Notes under the pieces: model-generated
What the model was told of the DNA's origin: nothing
Databases searched by the model: none
What the model saw: the letters and a program-made list of their open reading frames with translations, nothing else
Shown: piece by piece, positions 34,516 through 46,157 of the stretch
How positions within the stretch are numbered: position 1 is the stretch's first letter
Layout: each line of letters starts with the position of its first letter
Made by a program: the position numbers and the translations under genes
NCBI GenBank assembly: GCA_038087875.1
Contig: JAXLNO010000506.1
Location: 1 to 46,157 of the forward strand
Direction: 5' to 3'
DNA: 46,157 nucleotides
Source: Malacoraja senta
Taxonomy: Eukaryota

Positions 34516-35394
34516 GTTGTGTGGGGTCGGGCGAGAATGCCTTTGGCGAGCGGCCGCACCTGTGCTTTTTCAAGCCCGTGTATACCGCCGGGCGAGGTCG
34601 TGGAGGGAGGCAGTGAGGGAGGGAGGGAGGGAGGAGGGAAGGAGGGAGGGAGGGAGGGAGGGGAGGGGGAGGGATGTGGAGGGATGGACGGGAGGGGGAG
34701 GGAGGGAGGGGAGGGGGAGGGATGTGGAGGGATGGACGGGAGGGGGAGGGAGGGGAGGGGGTTACAGAGAGAGGGAGGAGCGAGGAGAGGGAGAGGGGCG
34801 AGGGAGCCTGAGGGTGAGAGAGGAGATGGGACAGGGGAGACTGAAATGAGAAAGGGTGGTGGGTGTATGGAACGAGGTGCCGGAGGAGGCAATTGAGGCA
34901 GTGAATATCCCAACGTTTGAACGACACGTTGAGTTTAGTTTGTTATCACGTGTTGTTTTGTTGCGTGCTATCCAGTCAACAGGAAGACTTGATGTACATA
35001 ATGACAATCGAGCCGTCCACAGTGTACAGGTACAGGATAAACGGAATAGCGTTTAGTGCAAGGCAAAGTCCGATTAAAGATAGTCCAAGTGTCTCCAACG
35101 AGGTAGATGGGCGGTCAGGACCGTTCTCTATTTGGTGAGATGACGGTTCACTTGCCTGATAACAACCGGGAAGAAACAGGCCCTGAATCAGGAGGTGTGC
35201 GTTTTCACACTTCTGTGCCTCTTGCCCGATGGGGTAGGGGAGAAGAGGGAGTGACCGGGGTGAGACTGGTCCTTGTGACTGGACCGGGGAGAAGTTTGTA
35301 GTTTGAATTTACAGTTTGAGTTTAGAGTTTAATTTAGATTTAGTTCGAGTTTGATTGAATTTAGTATAGTTCAAATTAGTTTTTCTTTTCATTG

Positions 35395-35570
35395 ATAAAC
35401 ACAAAGTGCTGGAGTAACTCAGTGAGTCAGGCAGCATCTGTGGAGAACATGGATTGGTATAAAGTGCTCGAGTAACTCAGGCAGCATCTCTCGAGAGAGA
35501 AGGAATGGGTGACGTTTCGTTTCGAGCCCCTTCTTCAGCCTGAGAGTCGGGGGGAAATGAAACGAGAGAT
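35395..35570 (-). mobile_element. Penelope-type terminal fragment with degenerate hammerhead motif
   Basis: acaaagtgctggagtaactcag...gggtgacgtttcg...cttcttcag. Confidence 0.6.
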
Positions 35571-36050
35571 GTAGACGGTGATCTGGAGAGATTAGAACGA
35601 ATGACTAAAAGATATGCAAAAAAGTGACGATGATATGGGAAACAGGCCAATGTTAGCTGTGGTCGAGGTTACAAGTGTTTCACAACCGGTAGATCAGGAA
35701 GGTCCAGGTGGACTGTGAATGTGTTCTGGTAGTTTTAGCTTAAGGGTTGTGTTTAGGGTTTGAGTTTAGTTTAAAATAGTTTTACTTTAGTTTGAGTTTC
35801 AGTTTTTTCTCTGTAAACCCCTCCCCACCTTCCATTTCCCCCTCCCTTTCCTCTCCACCCTCCCTCCTTCCCTCCCTGCTTCCACCTCCCCATCCCCTCT
35901 CGCCCCTCCCTTCCTCTTTTCTCCTCCCATTCCCCGTCCGTCCGTTCCTCTCCGTCCCTCCCTTCCCGACCTCGCCCTGCGGCACACGGGCTTGGAAGAG
36001 CACAGGTGCGGCCGCTCGCCAAAGGCATCCGCACCCCGACTCCATACAAC

Positions 36051-36090
36051 ATGAAGACCCTTCTGCTGTTCGGCTTTCTCGGACTTGCTG
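36051..36090 (+). pseudogene. Trypsinogen exon 1 orphan (copy F), truncated in intron 1 at ~36322
   Basis: MKTLLLFGFLGLA-G|gtaagt, same peptide as copy C. Flanks are colinear with 27160-27985. Confidence 0.82.
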
Positions 36091-36321
36091 GTAAGTATAC
36101 TCCCCCGGGCCACAACCTACCTCCCCTCCCCCCCTTCACTCCATCTTCCTCCCATCCTCTTTCTCTCTCCAATTCTCCCCCACCCCTTCTCTACTCCTTC
36201 TTTCTTCCCTCCTCTATCTTTTCCCCACTATCTCTCCCTCTCTCTCAACCAGTCTCTCTCTCCCCTTCACTCTCTCCCCCTTCTCCCTCCCCTCATTTCT
36301 CTGCCCCTCTTTCTCTCCCCC

Positions 36322-36500
36322 ACTGACCCGCTGAGTTACTCCGACACGGTACAAAGTGCTGGAGTAACTGAGCGGGTCAGGCAGCATCTCTGGAGAGAAG
36401 AAATGGGTAACATTTCGGGTCGAGACCCTTCTTCAGACTGAGAGTCTGGAGGAAATGAAACGAGATATATATATATGGTGATGTGGAGAGAAACAGAAAA
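36322..36500 (-). mobile_element. Penelope-type terminal fragment with hammerhead-like motif
   Basis: gggtaacatttcgggtcgagacccttcttcagact at ~36405-36439, plus a short inverted arm at 36322-36343. Confidence 0.6.
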
Positions 36501-36710
36501 AGTAGTAAAATATATACAAAAAAGTATTCAATGGGAAACAGGCCAATGTTGGCTCTGGTCAAGGAGACAAGTGTTTGACAACCGGTAGCTCAGATGAGTC
36601 CAGGTGGACTGAGCGAAGGTTTTAGCTGACGCGTTGAGTTTAGAGTTTGAGTTTAGTTTAAATTCGTTTTCCTTTAGTTTGAGTTTTAGAGAGTGAGTGA
36701 GTGAGTGAGT

Positions 36711-38045
36711 GAAACATAGAAACAGAAACATAGAAAATAGATGCAGGAGTAGGCCATTCGGCCCTTCGAGCCTGCACCGCCATTCAATATGGTCATGGCT
36801 GATCATCCAACTCAGAATCCTGTACCTGCCTTCTCTCCATACCCCTGATCCCTTTAGCCACAATGGCCACATCTAACTCCCTCTTAAATATAGCCAATGA
36901 ACTGGCCTCATCTACTTTCTGTGGCAGAGAATTCCACAGATTCACCACTCTCTGTGTGGAAATAAAATGCTCATCTCGGTCCTTAAACATCTGGAACAAT
37001 CTTCTTGCATCTAGCCTGTCCAACCCCTTAAGAATTTTGGAAGTTTCTATAAGACCCCTATTAGATTCTATAAGATTAGGAGAGCAAAACTGTACGCAAT
37101 ACCCCAGGTGCTGTCTAACCAAGGCCCTGCACAACTGCAGACAGTAGAAGCTCCCTGCTCCTATACTCAAATCCTTTTGCTATGATTGCTAACATACCAT
37201 TCGCTTTCTTCACTGCCTGCTGCACCTGCATGCCTACTTTCAATGACTGGTGTACCATGACACCCAGGTCTCGTTGCATCTCCCCTTTTCCTAATCGGCC
37301 GTCATTCTGATAATATTCGACTTTCCTGTTCTAGCCACCAAAGTGGATAACCTTACATTTATCCACATTATACTGCATCTGCCATGCATTTTCCCACTCA
37401 CCCAACCTATCCAAGTCACCCTGCAGCCTACAAGCATCCTCCGCACAGGTAACCATGCCCCCCAGCTTCGTGTCATCCGCAAACTTGGAGATGTTGCATT
37501 CAATTCCCTCGTCATAATCATTAATATATATTGCAAATAGCTGGGGTCCCAGCAGTGAGCCTTGCGGTACCCCACTAGTCACTGCCTGCCATTCTGAAAA
37601 TGACCCGTTTACTCCTACTCTTTGCTTCCTGTCTGCCAGCCAGTTCTCTATCCACATCAATACTGAACCCCCAATTCCGTTTGCTTTAAGTTTGCATACT
37701 AATCTCTTATGTGGGACCTTGTCGAAAGCCTTCTGAAAGTCCATATATATCACATCCACTGGTTCTCCCTTATCCACTCTACTAGTTACACCCTCGAAAA
37801 ATTCTATAAGATTCGTCAGACATGATTTACCTTTCATAAATCCACGCTGACTATGCCCAATGATTTTACCACTTTCCAAATGTGCTGCTATCCCATCTTT
37901 AATAACTGACTCTAGCATTTTCCCCACCACCTATGTTAGACTAACTGGTCTGTAATTCCCCGTTTTCTCTCTCCCTCCTTTTTTTAAAAAGTGGGGTTAC
38001 ATTATCTACCCTCCAATCCTCAGGAACTATTCCAGAATCTAAATA
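36711..38045 (-). mobile_element. CR1 LINE 3' part (RT, internal deletions) with tail
   Basis: ORF 37331-37930 with DFQKAFDKVPH, SGVPQGSLLGPQLF, KFADDTKL; (gaaacata)n tail at 36711. Confidence 0.92.
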
Positions 38046-38650
38046 GTTAGGTTTTTGCTCTGTAAGCTCCTCACCTCCCCCCTATCCTCTCCACCCTCTC
38101 TTCCTCTCCCCATCCCCATCGCTCCACCCTCCCTCTTTTACTCTTCCCATTCCCCGTCCCTCTACCTCCCTGTCTCATCCCCTCTCTCTCCCACATCTCA
38201 CACCCCTCTTTCCCAACCTCTCACCCCTCCTCTCTCCCCCCTCTCCACCCCCTCTCTCCACCTCCCTCTCTCTCCCCCTCGTCACTCCCCTCTTCTCATC
38301 TCTCTCCCCTCTCTCTCTTCCCCTCTCTCTCCTTCTCTCCCCTCTCACCCCCTCTATCTTCCTCCTCCCCACTGCCCCCTTTCTCCGTTCTCTCTCACCC
38401 CTCTCTCTCCACCTCTCTCCCCCCTCTCACCCCCTTTTCTATCCACCTCCGAGCGAGAGGGGATAGGGAGGGAGGGAGGGTGGAGAGGAAAGGGAGCGGG
38501 GAGTGGAGGGGGAGGGGGGAGGACGGTTAAAGAGGGGGAGGGAGGACGGGGGGAGGGCGAGATATATATCGTCTATATCTCTCGATTCCCTCTCCCCTGA
38601 CAGTCTGAAGAAGGGCCTCGACATTAAACATCACCCATTCCTTCTCTCCA

Positions 38651-38880
38651 GAGATGCTGCCTGACCGGCTGAGTTACTCCAGCACTTTGTACCTGTCCAC
38701 GTTCTCCACAGAGATGCTGCCTGACCCGCTGAGTTACTCCAGCACTTTGTACTGTCCACGTTCTCCACAGAGATGCTGCCCGACCCGCTGATTTATTCCA
38801 GCACTTTGTACCTGTCCACGTTCTCCACAGAGATGCTGTCTGGCGCGCTGAGTTACTCCAGCACTTTGTACCTATCCACT
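38651..38880 (+). repeat. Tandem array of ~60 bp units (4 copies) derived from the Penelope-type terminal sequence
   Basis: Unit gagatgctgcctgacccgctgagttactccagcactttgtacctgtccacgttctccaca, preceded by a degenerate hammerhead core at ~38605. Confidence 0.9.
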
Positions 38881-39981
38881 AAATCTAAAACTAAATTAAA
38901 CTTAACTAAAACTTTAATCTCTTACAAACTAAATCAAACTCTAAACTCAAAATATAAATTAGAACTCTACACTCTTCACTCCAAACTCCAAGTAGAAATA
39001 AAAGCAGGAACGAGGTACCGATTTTGGATGATCAACCGTGATCACATTGAATGGCGGTGTTGGTTGGAAGGGCCGAATGGCCTAGTCCTGCACCTATTTT
39101 TCTATGTTTCGAAGTTTCTGTTTCAAACTATAAACTCAAACTCTAAACTCTCAACTCTAAACTCTAACTCCTAAACTCAAACTATAACCTCAAATAGTAA
39201 GATTAAAGGAGAATTTACCAATTTGAAGTTTGATCTTTATTTTATGAGGAGTTACGATGAGGGATTACGTGAAGAGCCCGCCAGCCAGCATGCGCGTCAA
39301 AACACAGATAAAAGTTGTTGAACTGAATATAGTAAGATTTGAGAGAACTAGAACTACCAGATGACCTTTATGATAAGAGGGTTGGGAGCGGCGGGCACGT
39401 AATCCCTCATCGTAACTCCTCATAAAATAAAGATCAAACTTCAAACCGGTAAATTCTCGTTTAATCTTACTATTTTACTTCGGAGTCACGTGAGGGACTA
39501 CGTGAAGATTTCAAAGCTCTGTGATTTCATGCCGTGAAAACGAGTCCACACAAGCACAACTGCATTCGTTTCCTAAAGATAAGGGGAAACATTCATAATG
39601 CATACAGACATGACATAGATTTAAAACATGCTGATGCTTTTTAATGAACATATAATAATAATAGTAACCCCTCTCTTCCGGGAGGAAACTATAAAATAGA
39701 ACCTAAAATAGAGTTGGCAAATACCCCCGGTCTGGCAATGGGTATTATAAAATGTTTGGAAAGCTGGTTCGTTAGACCATCCTGCAGCCGCTAGGACGTG
39801 GTCCAGCGGAACGTACATAACCCTTGCTGCTGATGTTGTAGCAGCCCTGGTGGAGTGAGATTTGAAAATATTAGTATCTACTTCTGCATAAGCCAAAACC
39901 ACGTTTAACCACCTGGAGATGGTCTGAACTGATACCTTCTTATGAGGTTTTTTGTAACTAACAAACATTGCTAGTATCAGA

Positions 39982-40082
39982 AGGTACACAAAAATGTTGG
40001 AGAAACTCAGCGGGTGCAGCAGCATCTATGGAGCGAAGGAAATGGGCAACGTTTCGGGCCGAAACCCTTCTTCAGACTAGTA
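39982..40082 (-). mobile_element. Short Penelope-type insertion in the DIRS YR gene
   Basis: 13 bp duplication tgctagtatcaga (39969-39981, 40083-40095). One mismatch to the exon 3 insertion over the shared 54 bp. Confidence 0.85.
40044..40078 (-). ncRNA. Minimal hammerhead ribozyme motif with UUCG-capped stem II
   Basis: AGU-CUGAAGA-A-GGGU(UUCG)GCCC-GAAA-CG-UU-GCCC. Confidence 0.6.
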
Positions 40083-41279
40083 TGCTAGTATCAGAGCCTC
40101 TAAGCTCTAGGTGACCTTGCCGTATTGTTGTAAATGTGTGACCACACATAACCGAAGGTTCATGGGGTATGCCATCAAAACTAGTTTGAGACCTGACGCC
40201 CCTGGGCTGCTCTGCTTAACTAAATCATAACATAAAATATTATATTATTTGCAGATGCAACCATCCTGTCTAGTCGCAATTTATGTAGTGACTGGACCCG
40301 TTGCGCTGAGACCAGCGCCATGAGGATAACTACCTTATGAGAGCCGGGCCAAAGATAAGGATGTAGCTGGAGCTCCCTGGTGAAGTAGTGTTAACACAAT
40401 GTCAATATCCCATACTTCCGTGTACTTGGGCCTGGGAGAACTTGTGTTAAAGATATCCTTCATAAACTGGATATTAGAGGGTGAGACACGACAGAGTGGG
40501 TCCCGCTGGCTGCAGCAAATATGATAAGAAGGCACGTTGGGCACAGTTAATGGCACTATAACTTAATTTATTGTCAAAGACCCATTTGAAAATAAACTCC
40601 AACGCGTCAGTTATCCGTGCCGTATTATATGTAACATTAGCATTTAAACAAAACGCTTCCCATCTCCTGAAGAGGAAAAGTACTGCTTTTTTGGTGCTAT
40701 CCCTGCACTCTGCAGTGAGCACAAACATGGATCGGCTGACAACCAGAGCCGCAGGAGCAGTCTTCTCAGAGTCTGCAAGACAATGAATTGATTTTATCGT
40801 GCAGAGGCTGGTTCCCCGAGTCACAGGTTGAACTAGCAAAGTTTTATGTTTAGAATAACCATATAAGGTTCTATATTATTTCCAACATAAGCGGGAACCA
40901 TGGCTGCATAGGCCAGTCAGACAGTACGAAATAACCTTAAGCGGGATCTTGCTGAATTTATTGCAAGACCCGACTGATGAGGCAAAATGGAGGAAAGATA
41001 TAAAAGAACATTCCTCCCCCGTGTAGTGAGAATGTATCTCTCGCCACTGGTATGCCACATATGTTTGCAACCGGTGAATGAGCCTGGATGCAAACATATC
41101 GATATTCGGTGTTCCATCGTGTCCTAATGTCATAAAATACTTTGTGATCCAACATCCATTCTGTGTTGTCATTCATTTTACGTGATGATACACTAGCGCC
41201 AAATGAGGTTAGGTAAATTATCACAGGATACTTTGACTTGATTGCACCCATGTGACTAACATATGCCACCACCACAGTG

Positions 41280-41970
41280 TCACCACAGTGCCACCATCAC
41301 CTCCGCAACATTGCCAAAATCAGATCGTTTCTCACACCCCCCGCTGCTGAAGGACTCATCCATGCCTTCATCTCCTCCCGATTGGACTACTGTAACTCTC
41401 TTCTCTTTGGCATTAATTCCAGCAACATCAACCGACTCCAGCTGGTCCAGAATGTAGGCGCCCGACTCATCACCCGCACCAAATCCTGGCACCACATCAC
41501 CCCAGTTCTCAAAGAACTTCACTGGCTTCCCATTTCCCACCGGATCATCTACAAAATCCTGGTCCTCACCTACAAAGCCCTCAACAACTTACCCCCCCCC
41601 TTATCTCACTGACCCCCTCTCCCCCTACCAACCCTCACGGTCCCTCAGATCCATATCAGCCGGTTTCCTCTCCATTCCGAAATCCAACCTCTGCACTTTT
41701 GGAGACATAGCTTTCTCCAGGGCAGCTCCCAGGCTCTGGAACTCCCTCCCACAATTGATCCGAAATTCTGAGTCCCTCACCATCCTCCAGTCCCGCCTCA
41801 AGACCCATCTCTTCACCTCTGCATACCCTTAGTCCCATGTCCCCCTCCCCTTTGCATCTCTGTCTTACTGCTCTATTTTGTTTTGTTTTTGACTCTCCAT
41901 GTAAAGCGACTTTGAGTCCTTGAAAAGCGCCAAACAAATAAAATGTACTATTATTATAATTATTATTATC
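41280..41970 (+). mobile_element. L2 LINE 3' end nested in DIRS
   Basis: HLRNIAKIRSFL...LIHAFISSRLDYCNSLL...HITPVLKELHWLPI; aataaa plus (tat)n tail. Confidence 0.88.
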
Positions 41971-42942
41971 AACTTGGAATTGAGCATGCAGATTATGCAT
42001 ATTCGCACAATAAGCCTTTAACCCATAGAATGCACCTAGTGTCTATAAGTAGTTGATACCAATAACTGAAGAATTGGTAACTCGTGCAAATCTCATCCGC
42101 CTCCGTAATTAGAGATGGCATTCGTAATTTTCCTTCTTTGAGCACTAGCATCAGTTTGTAATATAATTGAAGATTTACTGACCAAAAGCTACTGGAGCAA
42201 TGCTGAATACTGTTCGTCCACCATTGTGACTTTCATATGCTTCAGCTGGCAATAGCATATGTCTGTTAACAATTACTTACATGGCACTTGAGAGGTTACT
42301 ACTTTGCACGTTGTAAGTTCTGATAATGCAAAGGCCCAATTTGCACAGCTCAAACAGAGCTACTATATTGCCAATTACAGTTGATGAATAGAAGGCTGCT
42401 TCATAACAACAAGGTTGTTACAGGCTTCTATCAATTCCAATCTCTTGCCCCACGGCGGAGTCACAGACAAATTAATAGTTAAAGGTAAATCCCAATAATC
42501 AATAACTCTAGTTGGTATCAACTTAAATGTAACTGGATGGATGAGGAACCTCAATTTCTCAAATATTTTGCGGCTGAAACAGTTGATTTTAGCAAAAGAC
42601 AGCGTTTAGAATATCATCCAGTTAAGCCATAACAAGTGTTTTTGAGCTCTGAGCAGTCCAAGCACCGGTTTAGTAATTTGTAAATCACCTGGGAGCTGAA
42701 GTTAGTCCATTTTGCAACGCATTAACTGTTATCATTGCCCATCAAGATACATTTCAAATGTCTCCGGTGATCCATGTAAATGGGACTGGAATAGTATGCA
42801 TCTTTGAGATTAATGCATACCATAAAGATCCAATGGAAATCAGTTGTTAGACAGTAACGAAGTTCCATATTCTGAAAAGTCTATAGGAATTAAATCAAGG
42901 ATGAACCGACATCCTCCATCTTTCACAATGAACAGCCACGCC

Positions 42943-43293
42943 TGCCATAATGCCGTGCCTGCCTCGAACGACAACTCTGGCCAAATTCCCGAGCCTCTCT
43001 TGAAAGGTAATCCTGGCCACAATACTGAGCCAGCCTCGAAAGACAACTCTGGCCATAATTCTGAGCCTGCCTCGAGAGAGAACTCTGGCCTTATATCCGA
43101 GCCTGTCTTGAAAGGCAATCCTGGCCATAATACTGGGCCTGCCTCGAAAGACAACTCTGGCCATAATTCCGAGCCTGCCTTGAAAGACAACTCTGGCCAT
43201 ATTTCCGAGCTTGGCTCGGAAGGCAATCCTGGCCATAATACTGAGCCTGCCACGAAAGACAACTCTGGCCCCAATTCCAAGCCATGCTTGGAA
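42943..43293. repeat. 36 bp minisatellite (~9.5 units) with 108 bp higher-order period
   Basis: tggcc recurs at 42978, 43014, 43050 ... 43266; every third unit is the aaggcaatcctggcc variant. Confidence 0.9.
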
Positions 43294-45689
43294 CCCTTGT
43301 ATACTGTGCAGTATAAACTAATCACATGTTATCATATTAGTTTATAAACGGATCTGAATCTCATGTTATCATTGTCATTTGTACAAAAAACAAGTGTAAA
43401 TATTACCAACTTGTAAATGGTCTACATACCCCATGTTTCGGAAGAACCAGACGCACCTACCTCCATGGTTACCGGTGGTCGTATGGGAAGCCCAAAGGAA
43501 CTTGATGCGGGTTCTACTTCCGTCCTTGATTGGAGAGTAGGACTGGTAGGGTGCATGGATTCCATATTTTTCCTGAGACCGGCTTGGACCTTGGCCTGAA
43601 AGACCTCTGCCCAGCTGTCAAGCTGCCACCAGCTTCAGTGAACTGCGTACTGCCGATGAAGGCGTGGGGTGTGTCGTCGCCGAAACGATGAAGATTTGCT
43701 CGTCGTCGGTACGTTGATTATTCCGACAGCTTTGCTTTCTCATCCAGGTATTACCTGTTGGATAAGTCTTACCTGAAGAGAAGATTCGGCGGCTGGTTTC
43801 ATTTCCTGGATGTCATGCCAATGTCACCCCTGATAGCGCTATTCACTGCCGGCACTTGTAGCGTGAGGGGAACTCTGGCCCTTCCGGGTTTTCTGCCAAC
43901 GGCTGGAACCAACTCTTCCGGCAGCAACCCCTTCGTTTGCGAGTATTCCCTTGAAGCCATATGCATGTGCTCCAGTATGTTCCACGGACATACTTTCGAA
44001 TTTGAAGTAAGTTACACACTGATCGCTCGCACTCCCTCCACAAAGAGGGAGATTCGTAAGCAGCCCTGAAACAGGTGCTGCCGCAGGCACCTGAGGATAC
44101 CTCCGCTGATATGACCCCTCCTACGGACCTATATCAGGAGCATCACATTTGTGGATAAACGCCGAGGGCGCTATCCATGCTTCATCTGGGTTAAACGTCG
44201 GGGATGTACACAGGTATGTCGGAGGGGAAGCCTCCTAGCCTGACTCGTCCGAGTCCATATGCCTGACCAACTTATTCTTGGATTTACCCGCTCTCTTGGG
44301 AACCATAGCGGTCTGGGAGCCGCTGACCGCACTGTCAGTGACTCGGGTGGCGAGACCGACTTACTCTTGGCTTTACCCCTTTCTGGGGAACCACAGCGGT
44401 CTGGTAGCCGCTGACCGCATTGTCAGCGACTTGGGTAGCGAACCCGACGGCCGCCGGCTACCCGCGCTTCCGCGGTCCGGACCGGGTACTTCGCCCCGAA
44501 ATATCCAGCAGGAAAAACTCTGTAAGAAGGGATTCCTGCAACAAAGAGCAGGACCTGGAAATAAGTTTAAAACTTACCTGCAGTTTTAAACTTACCGCTG
44601 GAAGGAGCAACGCGCCTGCCAGTCAGTCGTTGCGCAATGCGTTAGACGTAATACGCGCATGCGGGCTGGCGGGCTCTTCACGTAGTCACTCGCGTGACAC
44701 CGAAGTAAAATTACAAGCTCTAAACTCAAAGCATGAACTAAATGTAAAACTAAGCGCGCAGTGATCACCGGCAGGTTGGAGCCCGGGGGAGAGGAACTGG
44801 AGCGGACAGAAATCCAAACCATTCTTCATTGCAACCATTGTCACCTCCAGCGCACCCAACATTGGCCTGTTTCCCAAATTAAAAAAAACAGTAAAATATT
44901 TGAAAACAAGTGAGGATGAGATGGAAACAGGTCAATGTTGGCTGTGGTCGAGGTGACACGTGTTTGACGAGCGGTAGATCAGGCGCGTCCAGGTGCACTG
45001 AGCGAAGAGTTTTAGCTCAGATGTTGAGTTTAGAGTTCGGGTTTAGTTTAAATTAGTTATTTCTCTGTGATCCCCTCCCTCCCTCCTTCCGCCCCACCCA
45101 TCCCCTCCACTCCCCCCTCCCTTTCCTCTCCACCCTCACTCCCTCTCCCATCCCCTCTCGCTCGGAGCTGGGTAGTGAGGGGGGAGAGAGGAGTGAGAGA
45201 TCGGAGAAAGGGGGCAGGGGGGAGGAGGTAGATAGAGGGGGGGCGTGAGAGGAGGAGTGGGGGGATGTGAGAGGGGTAGAGAGGAGAGAGAGGGGCGGGT
45301 AGAGGAGATGGCGTCACACACACACTACCACCCCCTTGATATTATATTAATATTATTAATTCGCTCCTTTTAACCCTATCCCCGCCCTATCCACTCACGC
45401 ATACACCCCAACTAGCAGGCGCGTCTAGAGAGGGAGAGGCAGGGGGTTTAGAGAGAGGGAAGAAAGCGAGGGGGCAGAGACAGTGAGAGAGGGGCAGAGA
45501 GAGAGGGGCAGAGACAGAGAGAAAGAGGGGGAGAGGGGGGAGAGGAGGGTTAGAGAGGGGGAGGGGTAGAGGGGGGGAGTAGGGGGGGAGGGCGAGATAT
45601 ATATCGTCTACATTTCTCGCATCCCTCTCCTCTTACTCTCAGTCTGAAAAAGGGTCTCGACCTGAAACATCACCCATTCCTTCTCTCCA

Positions 45690-46097
45690 GAGATGCTGCC
45701 TGACCCGCTGAGTTACTCCAGCAATTTGTACCTGTCCACGTTCTCCAGAGATGCAGGCCTGACCCGCCGAGTTACTCCAGCACTTTGTACTGTCCACGTT
45801 CTCCACAGAGATGCTGCTTGACCCGCTGAGTTACTCCAGCACTTTGTACCATTCCACGTTCTCCACAGAGATGCTGCCTGACCCGCTGAGTTACTCAAGC
45901 ATTTTGTAACTGTCCACGTTATCCGGAGATGCTGCCTGACCCGCTGAGTGACGCCAGCACTTTATACCTGTCCACGTTCTGCACAGATATGCTGCCTGAC
46001 CCGCTGAGTTACTCCCGCGCTTTGTACCAATCCACGTTCTCCACAGAGATGCTGCCTGACCCGCTGAGTTACTCCAGCGTTTTGTACATATCCACTA
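45690..46097 (+). repeat. Tandem array of ~60 bp units (7 copies), paralog of 38651-38880
   Basis: Same unit, same upstream degenerate hammerhead (~45644) and same downstream atccactaaatctaaa. Confidence 0.9.
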
Positions 46098-46157
46098 AAT
46101 CTAAATGTTAATTGATTGTTTTACTTTGTGTCCAAGATGGCTGGCCGGAAGGGGGAG

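Larger units (their letters stand above)
39192..44710 (-). mobile_element. DIRS1-like tyrosine-recombinase retrotransposon, full-length termini, decayed ORFs
   Basis: ITRs 39267-39297 vs 44653-44683; ICR 39396-39508 is complementary to both ends. YR motifs FKSHSTRAA...AAGWS...FQTFY, methyltransferase-like DMFASRL...YIFPPF, RT KDGGCRFILDL...INLKDAYY. Confidence 0.9.

Noticed and set aside
45310..45560. Possible Helitron internal/5' fragment
   Set aside because: No diagnostic terminus is visible in the window; it cannot be supported without a library search.
45690..46097. CRISPR-like appearance of the ~60 bp arrays (also 38651-38880)
   Set aside because: The apparent spacers are near-identical to each other, there are no cas genes, and the context is vertebrate. 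These are plain tandem repeats.

Overview
Eukaryotic, repeat-dense genomic DNA, most likely from a cartilaginous fish such as a skate or ray. This is inferred from HE1-type SINEs, abundant CR1 LINEs and a GPR139/142-like receptor. The one apparently intact gene is a two-exon, minus-strand orphan class A GPCR (10018-10087 + 8131-9029, 322 aa). The backbone is a decaying, duplicated trypsinogen cluster. It has one five-exon plus-strand pseudogene (27727-30089), three exon-deleted minus-strand copies that share Ser195->Ala (two head-to-head with plus-strand copies), and further exon fragments. A ~19.4 kb block carrying the GPCR (3213-22574) replaces about 3.2 kb of one trypsin pair. That block is bounded by ~0.9 kb direct repeats and holds the two halves of a degenerate env-bearing retroviral element in permuted order: env 3' + PPT + LTR on the left, pol end + env 5' on the right. 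The env has no gamma-type signature and may be lokiretrovirus-like. Other elements are a DIRS1-type tyrosine-recombinase retrotransposon with complete ITR/ICR termini, a Gypsy pol with 3' LTR, and CR1, L2 and Rex1 LINE pieces. Tc1, Harbinger-MITE, hAT and Helitron remnants and many short Penelope-type insertions with minimal hammerhead ribozyme cores are also present. All calls were made by eye, without database searches.
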